Below, piece by piece: positions 15,148-27,870 of a stretch of 64,000 nucleotides of DNA. Source of the DNA: Chrysomallon squamiferum (lineage: Eukaryota > Animalia > Mollusca); NCBI GenBank assembly GCA_012295275.1, contig CM022670.1:25668001-25732000 (forward strand), in the 5' to 3' direction. Every line of letters begins with the position of its first letter. Position 1 is the first letter of the stretch. Made by a program: the position numbers and the translations under genes. Under the pieces are notes generated by a model. The model had not been told where the DNA came from. It saw only the letters and a list, made by a program, of their open reading frames with translations, and did no database searches.

Positions 15148-16099
15148 ATGTGCGTGTACTTGTACGTGTGTGTTTGTGTAAACATTCGGTTTTAATTTAT
15201 TATTATTGTTTTACTTTATTTAATTCTAATTTTAATTTTAATTTTATTATAATGTTTATTTTTATTTTTATTTTATATATATTTTTGTTTTAGGAAAATA
15301 CGCTTTCTACATCCACGACTTAGCTCTACTGCATCTTAACAGACCACGTATAAAAAATAGTAAGCTGTCCAGATTCAGAAAAGGCATTGAATTCAGTCAG
15401 TTCGTACAACCGATTTGTTTACCTTCTGGTACTGCTGAACAAACTGGCACTGAATGTTACATTTCGGGATGGGGAGAAACTGGTAATAAAGCTATTTGAA
15501 TAAATTTACATAATAATGATGGTCATAATAATAATAATTGTAATTATGGTGTTAATGTTGATGCATGCCATATGAATTCATCAAGATTTCTACGATTCTA
15601 ACAAACGACTTGACATACGGAAAATATCAAGGAAAGATATATATATATTTTAGTTTTAATTAAAGTTGTTCTATTGTTGATCTTGTTGTTTGTATAGTTA
15701 TTGTTTTTATTTTATTATATTTTATTTTATTATTATTTTATTTTTCTTCTTGTCTGTATATTACATTATTTGTCAAATAATGTTTTATTTCGACGCCAAA
15801 GCTGATAATTAAATCTTACAGATTAATTCATCAGTACTATTTTCAACTGATTAAACATTTACCTGTTCCATTCTTTTCCCTTTAAAACTGTCACATACTT
15901 AGAGGATATATATATATAAAAATTTTCCATTTCAGAACGTACTAAACACCCGGACACACTAAGATGGGCTAAAGTAAATATTGTTGAGAAATGTGAATGG
16001 AATATAAATGCTAAAGCTAATGTTCTGTGTGCTGGTAAAAAGAACGCAGATACTTGTACCGGTGATAGCGGTGGTGGGCTTATTTGTAAAGCGAGAGGT

Positions 16100-16186
<87 letters not shown>

Positions 16187-16742
16187 AATTAATACACACG
16201 CACATGTGATGCATGTATGTACATACTTACGTAGGCATTGTGTGTGTTTGTCTTTCTGTCTGTGTGTGTGTGTATGTATGTGAAAGAGAAACAAATATAA
16301 TTAGATAAAGGAAGGTGAGAAATATAATGATGCATGATACGACAGACATTTTTGAAAAAATTTACTGTGCAGTGAAATAATACTCAAAGCCAAATAAAAC
16401 GCTATACTTAATTTAAGATATTAGAATTCTGAAACGGTGGAAAGTACATTGTTATTAAACATTACTGATCCTCTATAAATGAAAATTGTCAAAGATGTCT
16501 TTAAACCAGGAGCAAGACATTGTTTATTTCATGAAGTTTGTCAAAGACACTTACTCAATCATCGTTTATTTATTTATTTATTTATTTCAGACAAATGCGA
16601 AGTGACAGGAGTTGCCTCATTTGGTTCAGGTACATGTCAGAACAGTTCTCTTACAGCTTTTACTCGTGTCAGTTCTTACATTACATGGATTCGAGAAACC
16701 ATCAAAACTGAGTCCTACTCTTTCGAAGACTGGGATTTCTGA
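512..16742 (+). CDS. 5'-truncated multi-exon mosaic polyprotease: (CUB-CUB-CUB-EGF-Ig)x2 + trypsin-like SP1 + trypsin-like SP2 (ovochymase/MASP-like architecture)
   Basis: Exons read by eye with compatible splice phases: 512-677, 1238-1416, 1691-1797, 2064-2166, 2504-2659, 2988-3194, 3892-4044, ~4317-4447, 5061-5158, 5404-5576, 6515-6698, 6797-6975, 7456-7562, 7940-8039, 8373-8573, 8915-9109, 9798-9950, 10427-10557, 11101-11198, 11663-11835, 12254-12405, 12740-13413 (one +1 frameshift ~12993-12995), 13849-14053, 14641-14759, 15294-15482, 15936-16097, 16591-16742 (TGA). CUB motifs (CLWRISAP, YDFVEL, GRFC, FHSDDS), EGF (CYNDGDGNKCxC), Ig (KCRV..IVW..DQGSYRC). The start codon lies upstream of the window. 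Confidence 0.88.
1602..1659. repeat. (AG)n microsatellite
   Basis: Pure dinucleotide run in an intron. Confidence 0.95.
12254..13413 (+). CDS. Serine protease domain 1 (S1A trypsin-like) of the polyprotease
   Basis: Linker ICG..RYKRNLRRKRIISHR|ILGF..PWQ; TVAHC (His), DIAL (Asp), DACQGDSGGP (Ser, AGT codon; Asp at S1). Removing one A at 12993-12995 gives LQDSFQFSDAIRPICMP. Phase-1 donor ACAG|GTTTGA at 13413; unspliced read-through stops at 13442. Confidence 0.9.
13849..16742 (+). CDS. Serine protease domain 2 (S1A trypsin-like), 5 exons, mostly absent from the ORF track
   Basis: GCG..QFR|IYGG..LPWVA..TAAHC (13849-14053), HDLALL..QPICLP..CYISGWG (15294-15482), CAG..DTCTGDSGG (15936-16097), GVASFG..FTRVSSYITWI (16591-16742). 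GT-AG boundaries are in compatible phases. Confidence 0.9.
16102..16181. repeat. (CT)n microsatellite
   Basis: Pure run directly after a splice donor. Confidence 0.95.
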
Positions 16743-17077
16743 CTTTCTTATTTAAACTTTTAGACATGATACGTTATATCTTGATTGTTTTATATAACGA
16801 ATTTTCTATCTAAGATGAATAGTAACGAAAAGGAAATTCCAATAAGTAAATAATAATAATCACAGGTATTATATTTTTTACATATTGTTTTCTTGAAAGA
16901 CAGTATCACATATTCAAATATTAAATCCCTTAGATTTTTAGTTATAAAATATTTGTAGACTATTTATGGTATTTAAATTAATTAATTTTTTTTTAATTAC
17001 ATGATGAAATGAAAATAATATTTTCTATTTCGTCTGCAGATGTGTTATGATATACGAATTGTCAATTGCTGGTAAAC

Positions 17078-17377
17078 TTAAAACACTTATTGACTTTTGA
17101 TTTTATTTTTTTTTTATACTGTATACAATTTAGAACTAATATTACTGTTATTCACCGATAAAAGATATTTTAGAAATAAATGCATGTCTTATAAGTATAG
17201 AGAAAGAAACAATGCAAAAATATAATTTAAAACACTTATCGACTTTTGATTTGATTTTTTTTTTTATACTGTATACAATTTAGAACTAATATTACTGTTA
17301 TTCACCGATAAAAGATATTTTAGAAATAAATGCATGTCTTATAACTATAGAGAAAGAAACAATGCAAAAATATAATT
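17078..17377. repeat. Two-copy near-perfect 150-bp tandem duplication between the convergent 3' ends
   Basis: TTTTTATACTGTATACAATTTAGAACTAATATTACTGTTATTCACCGATAAAAGATATTTTAGAAATAAATGCATG occurs at 17111 and again at 17261. Confidence 0.9.
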
Positions 17378-17480
17378 AATCACATTTTGTTTTATTTCAA
17401 AATCTAGAACAACCTAACAATCTTTGGGTCACATTTATCACACCTATTCCATAATATACTATATTTTTAAAACACAAATG

Positions 17481-20400
17481 TTAATACAAAAGTCCGAAAT
17501 TTGCATTTGTTCTAAAACCATTCTGAGATTTTCCAAAGCGAAAAGATGGCGACTGAAACCCACCTAGAAGATTCGCGGAACCGAATGATGAGGGCCTTCC
17601 ACCAGTGCTACCTCCAGTGCTACCTCCAGTTTGTCCGTGTTTGTCTCCCCAAAACGAAGTCAAACCGAAAGGCTGGAATGAACCAAATGTGCTTCCTTGA
17701 TTATTTCCACCATAGGTTCTTTTCCCAATGCTACCAAACCCGGTCCCTGCAGCCGCTCCGGTTTGGAGGCCGTATCCAGATCCAGTGTTTCTTCTTGTGC
17801 CACCTCCATAACTATTTCGTCCTCGTTGGAAAGATGAACCTCTTCCTGTACCGTAACCAGTGTTTGTCGCAGCTGCTGCGTGTCCACCGCCTTTGTGTCC
17901 ACCTCCTAGACCTGCTCCTACACCCACTGCTCCTCCACTGTGCAAATCATTTCCAAGTCCTACCCCAAGTTGCGCACCACGGCTTGCACCGCTGTGAAAT
18001 GAATTGCCTAACAAATTGTTTCCTCCAATGCCGCCGAGACTGCCACCGCCGTTACCTGTGTTTTGCTGATCCCGTGCTGAGGACAGGGTGTGACTGTTGG
18101 CATTGACAAAATTAGAGCCTAAAGCTTTGTCATGCAAGTCCTGTTCCTTTCTTTGAACATTATCCTTTTCTTCCGCAAAGGTCTGTTGGGCAATAGCTTT
18201 CTTGTGTCCTGCTCCATATGCCTGTTCTTTGGCTGCGTTCGCTGCATCTTTATGAGAAGTGCCCAAAGCGTTTTTATGTTGTTTGTTTAATTGGAAACCA
18301 TTTGATGATTTTCTGATATCATCATACCCGTCCTTCCTAGATGCCTGATTATGTTTCTGAGAAGAGTGAGCTTTCTGGAATTGATTCTTATGTTGCTTTT
18401 CTGCAGCCTGTGTCTGTCCAAATTCATTTTCGATTCTTTTTCTGTTGTACAGAAGTCTTTCAATGTTGTTACCTCCGGATTTCTTGTCATGGTAGAATTG
18501 CTTTCGTTTTCTGAAGTTTTCATTTGAATCTTGCAGCCTCTTTTTAAAGTTTTCTTTATCGAAGGATGCTTCATCAAAATCATGTTTTGCTGCTTTGGCA
18601 TTGGAATGAGCAGCGGCATCTGCAAGCTTTTTATCTCCGCCACTAGCGGTTTTGGCTGCTTGCCCTTGTTTTGAATTATATCCTTTGTTTTCTGCACTGT
18701 GAACACCCTGGGCAAATTTACCATTTCTCTGATCTTTAAGACTCTTGATCTGGGCGAAATCGATCTTATTCTTTGATCTGAGGAAATCTTGCAGACGTGA
18801 ATCAACAGCTCCAGCTTTTTCAGCATCATGCAGTTTAGAAGCATCAACTTGTCGAGCATTCTCTCCATACTTGTGATTACTCAAACCGCCGCTTCCCTCG
18901 CCGTGAGTTCCTGCACCTCGTCCACCACTAATAGCACCATGTCCTCCATTGTTTCCATAACCAACGGTTCCACTGTTATGACCTCCATCATTTCCATGGC
19001 CTCCATAGTATTTCTTATCAGCATGCAATTGATCTCCGGCGTGACTAGCAGCGGCTTGACGTCCAGCAACTTTGTCTTTGTTATTGAAATGATGTTTCTG
19101 AGATATCGCCTTTTGCCTTCCTTTGTCTTCAGCAGAGAATTTGCTGTCTTTCCTGTCAAACTGGACGGCTTGGGCATCTTGAGTAGCGCCTGCTTTGTCG
19201 AGATTTTTGTCTGATTTTCCATAGGCTCCAGCTTGAACATGCTTCTGTGCTGCTTTCTGGCGATAGTTACTTTCTTTCAAAGCTCTCTGTGCGTCGTCGC
19301 GTGCATTAGCTGCTGTGTGGTCTCCTCGGAGGATCTTTCTGGCTTTTTGCTTATCGCGGAATTCATCGAGTTTGTGGGCATTGTGACCGTTTTCTTCTTC
19401 GAATCCACCTCTTTCACTCAGGTTTTGGTCGAATTTCTTGTTAAATGCATAATCAATTTTGTCGTTGAAGACTTTGCCTCTATTGTAAGCTTTCTTGTTA
19501 GCTGCAGCAGCATTGTAACCCTGGGCTCGGTTGTTATCTTTTTTGTCATACCTGCCGACGGAGTTAGAATGATAACCTCTCTGCTTTGCTGCTGATGCAA
19601 TCTGATTGGCAATTTGAGAAAATCGCCCTTCCTGTTGCTTGAATGCCTGGTCTGCAGTGTTAGCCTGCTGATGAGCTTTTCCTTGTTTGTTCCCAAAATC
19701 GCTGGCCTGTGCGTTGTTTTTATTTCCAAACTGATAGTGACGAAGTGCTTGTCCATCAAATCGCCTGAAATCTCTCAAAGCTTTGGTGGATCCTTTCTTG
19801 CCTTGAAGAAAATCACTCTGCCTGAATGCCTCTCTACCATTAGTTCTTCCTGCATTTCCATACTGGTTAATGTTTGTACCATATCCTTCTGCCACCACGC
19901 TGGCGACGAAAAAAGCCACGGCTACGGCAAACTGAGGGACCTACAAACATATATTCAGAGAATGACTAGCTCTTTCTTTTTATTCATTTGTGTATTCTAT
20001 TCTATTCTCTTTGTCTTCTAATTATTTTATTTTAAAGAAGTTATGAACATTAGCAAACTTCTAAATGTATTTTTTCTTCTTTTGTATTAAATACATATCG
20101 AACGTATTAAACTTATTTATTTATCTTTTTTATTTTATATAAAGAAATTACGATAAAGTGTATCATTTAAATCAATTCTTCGCAACAGCAAAGGAAATCA
20201 GTAAAAGAAAAATAATTTTAAATATATGTTGCTATTCATTTTATTTTAATCGAGATATAGGTTACAATCCTTACCTCTCAAGTTTAAAAATGTAAAGACT
20301 AACAATAACATAAAGTAAAATATTTACAACTCGTTCTCAATTTATTTTTTCACCTTATAGTAGTAGTAAAGTGGTCCTGAACGTTTGCGTTTAAAATAGA

Positions 20401-20781
20401 AAGGAAAACCATTTATAGCCAATACTTACTATATAATAAATATTTCTGAATTAAAAACCATGGTGAAGAAATTATTTTAAATATATTGCTTAGTGTGTTT
20501 AATAGTATATAATTTACCATAATAATAAAGCAACACTAAACAAAATCACAGATAAATTTAAATATGTGTAATAAACTGTAAAATTTTTAAAATATTAATC
20601 AGTTAATTATTAATATAATATTAATGATAATAATATTAATAAGAAGATGAAGAAAAAGAAGTACAATAAAAAGGACCTTCATCAACGTTATCAGTGATTC
20701 TATTTTATTTCTATTTCAATCTAAATAAGTTTCAAAAATCTTTTAACATAAAATAAATAAATAAACTTGAATTACCTTCAT
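17481..20781 (-). CDS. Secreted Gly/Ala/Lys/Gln/Asn/Phe-rich structural protein, paralogue A (~821 aa), divergent member of the 4-gene family
   Basis: Exon 1 ATG AAG|GT at 20781-20776; exon 2 19940-17481 (TAG acceptor, 820 codons including stop). Signal peptide MKVPQFAVAVAFFVASVVA; TATAAAA at 20872-20866; AATAAA at 17396-17391. Confidence 0.9.
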
Positions 20782-20865
20782 CGGTTCAGCTCTTTCGGAC
20801 AAAACACTAAGTGACTAAAGGCCTTCAACCTTAGAGATCTGATTCAAGTCACTGTCGACCCAACC

Positions 20866-20895
20866 TTTTATAAAGAAACAAAACCACTCCCATAA
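20866..20895 (-). promoter_or_regulatory. TATA box and adjacent motif of paralogue A
   Basis: TATAAAAGG about 85-90 bp upstream of the exon-1 ATG; the three other paralogues have TATA-like boxes at a similar distance (70-90 bp). Confidence 0.6.
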
Positions 20896-21664
20896 CTCCA
20901 AAATGGTGGAGAAAAATAGAGAAAGCTCGATTTTGTCATTTTTGACTATAAAACCAATAAACTTCAGAAATTAAATCGTGGATGACTTACATTGTAGGGG
21001 GTGTGATATGATAGAGTGATTAAGTCCGCCGAATTTTATTATCTGTCAACAGGTAATTGGTTACAAACAATCGCCGACCTCTGGTTGGTCAAGCCGCCGT
21101 TCTGTATCCTGAACAGTACGATTCTTCCTTTCCGTAATCATTAAAAGCAGCTTTCATTGCCCCAACAGTTAAAAGTTCATTGTCATTTTATTTCTCTAAA
21201 TTACAAACGGTTCCGCTTTCAGTGCTAAATTTAATAACATTATGTCACTGGTACAGAATACAAAACAAGATACCGAGTTGTGTAGATGCAGTTTTATTAT
21301 AGGCGAATTTGAAATGCAAGAACACAATTAGAGGAATTTTTAAACTAAATAGAGTCATTTGCGACCCGAGTGTTTTAATCATAGATGAAAAGTGTGGCTC
21401 GAGGGATGGTTATATATAAGCCGCGGTACATTGATTTTACTTTGACACGCTAATTATTATTTGGGTTATATCTGTTCGTAACATGCAAATTGTGTTATTT
21501 AAATTTAATTTTCATAAAGAAAGTATTGTTTAACATTAAAAATAAATAACAACAACAACAACTACTACTACACTTCATACTTCTATATATGCTACAGCTG
21601 TCACCTCCGCCACTACTACAACTATTTGTTACAAAATTACTACTAGTACTATTATCACCTTTGC

Positions 21665-21695
<31 letters not shown>

Positions 21696-22470
21696 GTTTC
21701 TACTTCTACAAGTACTACTACCATACAATGTCCATTACATATTATCATCATCAACTTCATCTCCATAATTCATCATCATCAATATTATTATTATTATTGC
21801 TATTATTATTATCTTTGTTGTTGTTGTTGTTGCTATTTTTATTATTATTATCATTATAATCATCATCATCATTATCATCATCACTGTCTTACAGTTTAAA
21901 AAATTTGCTGACAAGATAACAATGCAACTTTTTCGACACTTTTAATAATCTTTATCCTGGTTAAGTCAAGGCGCTGTTTTGACAGCTTTATTTAAAAACG
22001 AGAAACCTTCATCCGGAAAACCCAGCATCTGCATGAACGGACTGTAAGACATTAATCCTAGTTATTAAAACTTTTAGTCTGATTGTTCAGAATGTCAGTT
22101 ACACTACATTCATTGCAAATTTATTGGAGATTTATTTTTGTGAATTTACCTTAAATATCAGTGTGAAGAAAAATTGCAACATTTGACAGAGCGCCATTTG
22201 AAGTAACTACAGACCGTGCAAGTTTCACATTTTAAAACTTAATTGTCAGTTAAATGTGTAAATAAATATATACTAAAGATAAAAATAATTAAATATAATG
22301 TCAGAGCACAAATAAATAAATAAATAAATAAACAAGTCGTCAAAAAACGTCGGAAAATACATACATAAATGTATTTCATAGATAATTAAAAACAAATAAT
22401 GCTTCTAACTGAAAAAAATTCGTCGCGTATTTCTTCTCTCTTTAATGGTCTTTAACATATCTATCAGATA

Positions 22471-22501
<31 letters not shown>

Positions 22502-23471
22502 ATATCTATCTATCCATCATAGTAGATTATAAATAAGTCCAGTGCGTTTTTATATACTCCGTGTATTAGTAAGTCTATTTCTTTTTTGGACGCTTCGTGT
22601 AAGAAAGCTATTGATAGGGGCTGAATACCGATGCTCATAACATGCAGACCATCAAACGTCATGGGCAAAACACAGAAGCTATGTTTGTTGTGCAAGTTTA
22701 AGATGCTATATAATTAGCGCTTCTAGTAAAAGAAGTGGTCCAAAAGAACCCTGGCCGCTAGTAAAAAGGCACTTATGCGAATGTAAACTGTATGTTTTGC
22801 AAGATATTTCCCCAACAAAAGATTTTTGTGAATCTGAATCGGTTATAAATAAAAATAAGTTTTATCTCTCGCAAAATCGGGCAATCATTTCAAACTATAT
22901 TTCAGAGTATTATCTCCAGTGTCTATGCATAGCATTTAATCTCGTATTTTATTGTTTTCAAATGTATGTGTGTTGTTTTTGTGTGTCTGGCTTGCATATA
23001 TGGGTGCAGCTGACATTTCTTATTTGGTTCATTTTTCTTAAGATAGACCGACCTCACTTAACTTCACACAAGCGATTTTATCAGTTCTCTAACAACAGAT
23101 TATAATAATATGCAGGTCAAGACAATTTTAACTGAACCATATGATCGGAATTTTAACAATAACGACTATACTACACAGTTTTGTAATAAATGTTTCCTTC
23201 TAGTCTGTAATCAGAATAAATTTTAAATATAAGACAGATACTGAAGGTAAAATTGTGTTCAGTTATCTTCTATAAATATGTAGAAATATATTTTTAACTC
23301 GGAGTTAATAATAATAATAATAAAAACAATGACAATAATAAAGAAATTGACGTCCACATTAAAACATTCTGTTGAATGTATATTGAAAATGTTTGTTGAA
23401 GGAATTCCGGCATTCATGTTTAAATTGTGTAACATTTATTTTGGCAGAAGAAATTATTTTCCGCTAAAAAT

Positions 23472-23516
<45 letters not shown>

Positions 23517-24684
23517 TGGCGAGAGAGAAAGAAAATATATCATTAATGCCTAGATATTTAAGATTTGTTATAAACACAGCTCTGAATAACAGAAAATAAA
23601 CACAAAAACAATGTTTTACTTGCATAGTTTAATACCTTTAAATTCACATATGAAAATACAAAATACTAAAACAGAGCATTAAAGTCACTCAATACAATGT
23701 ATACCTGTGCAAACCTCAAACTGTATCTTTCAATCATAGTTAAAGTCAAACATATTAATCATTTTCCCCAAATGACAGAACAATAGATAAATGTATATAT
23801 AAATGTATTAACTTTTTTAAAAGAATAATATTTCACCACATTTTGTTTTCTTGCGTAAAGTATTGCTTCCATAATAATGACCAAGAATATTTAGCGTAAT
23901 TGTTTATTGGTTTTTTTAGTTAACTTACAAGCTTTATTGAACATTTTCCTTACAAGTAAACAATTCCAAGTTTTGTCCAGAAAAGTCCAGATCACTGACC
24001 TGTATATTACATTATAGTATTAATATTTTCTTTTCTTATTACAATTAAATTATTTCACTCTTATATATACATATGAATCAAATATCACTATAATTATCGG
24101 CTGAACTATAATTAAATATATTTTAATGACATAATAATCTGTTGCTATTGACGAAAATCGAAAGTACCAATATCAACAAACAGTCATAACATTATATAAG
24201 AATATACAGAGAAACAGAACGCTTTTCTACATCATTATTGTCCTGCCAACATTTTGAGAAGTTTTAGCTTGATGTTTACTGAAACATAAGCAACAAAACA
24301 GTGAGTAGAACTAATTATGTACTGCGTACAATGTTTTTTGTTTACAATTGCAATGAAAATATTAATTATCATTATAGCCATCTTTTTTGTGCTCATTTTA
24401 TTTTTATTTTTATGATTTTGATACTCATTCTACCCATAGCAGAATGTTTAATTTTACAAAATGTCTGTGGAAAATTTATTCCATAGTGAACCATAGATAT
24501 ATATGTTTTTTTACTTTTATTTTAAATCTCAGAACTTTAAAAAATTGCCTATGTTTAATAAAGACACGGCTGATAAGACAGGTAAACTTGTATATTTTCA
24601 CAATTTTGTATCGAGTTTCTTACATTGCCTGTTAGCATTAATTTGCATATATCTCATAATGGACTATTCAAAACCGCAACCACT

Positions 24685-27600
24685 TTAATGGTAGTAACCT
24701 CTACCGTAACCGTAACCGTAACCATTTTGCCTTGGATTTCCATAATAATAACCTCTTGGGAGACCATCATGTCCGTTCAAACCATAGCCGTATACTTTGT
24801 GAGACGGGGCATGGTGCTGTTGGTAAGCCTGTCCTTGGACACCGCCGTAACCTCTACCATATCCCTGGTTTCTGCCTCCGTAATGATGATTGGCATAGTC
24901 GTTCAAACCATGCTGATTCGCAGCATTTTTGAACTGAGAAGCGTGGTAGTTATTTCTAGCGTCGTTGTGGTTGTAGCCACGAGCAGCTGCGTTATGATTA
25001 TCATAGTGGTGACCGAGCTTGTCTGCGTTTCCTGCATTGGCTTGCCCGTACTTGTTGTGATTGTAAGACCGTTGACCATGGTTCTGGGATGACTTGTCAT
25101 TGTGATGAGCGTTATCGACGTGTTTGTCATTGTAGAATTTCTGGTGGTAGTTTTTGGCTGCTGCATTCTGACCATGTGCTCGGTTGCCGAACCTATCGTT
25201 GTACTTTCTCTTATTGTAAATGGTGTTTTCGTAGTTGTTTCCACCGGCGTTGCTAGAGTGATGAAATTTCTTGTAGACTTTGTGATTGCTTGCTTTATCG
25301 TGATATACTCTTTTAAGACTGTTGTCTACGTGTTTGTCGTCATATAAATCACGATTAGCAGCCTTACTGTCATGATGGGAACCAGCATCTGCAGCTTTAT
25401 GGTTAAATCCACTATGTGCAGCTTTGCTGGCTGCTCCACCCTGGTGATATGCTTTATTGTGCGCAGCGCCAGCACCGCCTTTGAAGTATCTGTTGCCATG
25501 AGCGTTCTTATATTGGTTTTCATGATAAGCAGCGTCGACCTTACTTCGTACAGCGTCATTTTGTTTAACGCCGTATCTGCCAGCTCTGTGTGTTCCGTGA
25601 TTAGCTCCTGTGTCGTATCGTGAAGCATGTCCAGCATGACCTGAACCGTGACCGTAGCCTCCATAACCTCGAGGTTGACCATATCCATGTTGTTTTCCGT
25701 ATCCGCCATATTGTTGTGGAGCATAATGAATACCATGTTGAAGACCATTGCGGGCACCTGCAGCAGCAGCAGCAGCTTTCCTGTTATAAAGAGCATCGTG
25801 CGAAGCAAAATCGTCGTATTTGTTTCTGTGAGCATCGTGAGCTTTATCTTGGTATTTGCTGCTTCCTGAATTATGCCCAGATTTTGCATCATGACCAGAA
25901 TCAGATCCTCCATATTTTGAATTGTGGGCGGCATTAGCGCCATGTTTGTCGTTACTGTAGTGTTTCCTGGCAGCACTGTCACCATGGTTTCCGTCTTTAA
26001 GAGCGTGTGCTCTGTCGGCTTTGTAATTGTTATTTGCGTGGGCGCCGTGGAGACGATTAGCTACGTCATGATGATCTCTGTAATCGTCCAAGCTGCGTTG
26101 ATCGCTGTGTTCATTAATAACGTAGTCGCCATCTTCTTTGGCATGTTTGTTGTAGTTTTTGTTAAAACCGTAACGCACGTTGTCGTCATAAACATCTCCT
26201 TTGTGGTAGTAGTCTTTGTTGTCGTATTTAGAATTGGTTGCAGCTTTAGCGCCATCATTCTTGGTGTTGTATGCTGCTCTGTCATTATCATGGTAACCTA
26301 AATAACTCTTGTGTGCTGCTGCGTTTTGCCCGTGGTCACCTGCATGAGCTGCACTTTGAGCATAATGATTAGAAGCGGCATTACTTTTGCCGTTACTGCG
26401 ATGTGCATTCTGGGTGTATTTCCCACCAACATCAGCAGAATGGGCTCCGTCGTTGTTGTAGTGGCTATCAACACTGGCATGGCGTCCATATACTCGTCCT
26501 CCGGAGTCTGAACCGTATTTATTGTGCCCATGGTCATTGTGGTGCTGAGCTAAACCCCCGTGTCCATACTGGTTTCCATACTGATTGTTGATGTATCCTC
26601 CGATTACAACAGCAAAACATACTGAAGCTATAGCTGCGAAAAGACACTGAAAACAAACATAATCAACCGATGTATGCTATTCGATGTTTTAAATTAAAAT
26701 TAATATTAAAAAGTATATATTTTACAAGCTTATTCATTGTGCTGTTTATTTTATTTATGATATAGAACGAGCTGTATGCAAAGATTTATTTCACAGTCTT
26801 CTACTAATATAATCAATGAAGAGTTTTGTTATAATGATTTTTTTTTTTTTATTTATTAATTATTTTCAATTGTATTACGCACTTTAAGGTATTTCTTGTC
26901 TATTCAGTATATTAGACTATTCTAACAAAGCAAGCATAATTTTAAAAATAGAATGCGCCGTTAACACTCACAAATAGGGGAATATTTGCTTTTTAGTACA
27001 TAACATGGAGATGTTTCCTTTTTAAATTAAAATAAAATATATAACTGTAATTGTAAGTACACTAAATAAATATCTATAATCTTTTAATTTCGATTAAAAT
27101 TTTAAAATAATATTTAGTTTAAGTGTGAAAACTATTATTCGTTTCATTTCTTTTTAAATAAGTTATTATACGTTTCAAAAAGAAAAAGGTATTGTAAGCC
27201 ATTTCATTGTGAAAAGAAGCATAAAGAGGACAAAGAAGATGAATTGTAAAACACAGTGCACTTCAACTAGAAGAGTACGAAAGCTCCTTCCAAGCAAGAA
27301 AAGGAAACAGATACATAGATATGCACACATGAAGCAAATAATGGATAATAATAAAGATTACTGGTGCTGATAAAATTATCTAGGATAAATATGTTTTTGG
27401 ATTCGCCATAGAAATATCGTTATTAAAATATTTATATGATTTACATGCAAGAATTGTCTGGGTTCGCTCGCAGTTTTGAGTGATTGGACAAGTCTATACA
27501 TTTAGTCTCTAAACAACCAATACACTTATAACAAAAACTAATTTTCAGTTCCTATGGATTACCAGTTACAAATAAGTAACTGACTCGAAAGATTACGAGA

Positions 27601-27870
27601 CTTTGACAATCGGACATTGAGAATGAAGTTACAAACGAAAAAAGATACGACTGATTTTCCGATTCATACTTCGTACATTTTTTATCCGGAAATATTTTAA
27701 TATAATATTTAAAATATAGGTTTGAAAGAACAAATTATCGTCCTATCTAAATATATATATATATATATATATATGAGTAACTAGATAGATATAGATATAA
27801 ATTCAAAATTTTAAGATAATATGTATATATATATAATTTTCAGAGTACGACTATCAGTACTTACCCTCAT
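24685..27870 (-). CDS. Secreted His/Tyr/Gly/Asn-rich structural protein, paralogue B (~655 aa)
   Basis: Exon 1 ATG AGG|GTAAG at 27870-27865; exon 2 26646-24685 (open frame extends 156 codons upstream of the listed ORF). Signal peptide MRCLFAAIASVCFAVVIG; TATA-like TTAAAAA ~27957-27951; AATAAA ~24480-24475. Confidence 0.9.
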
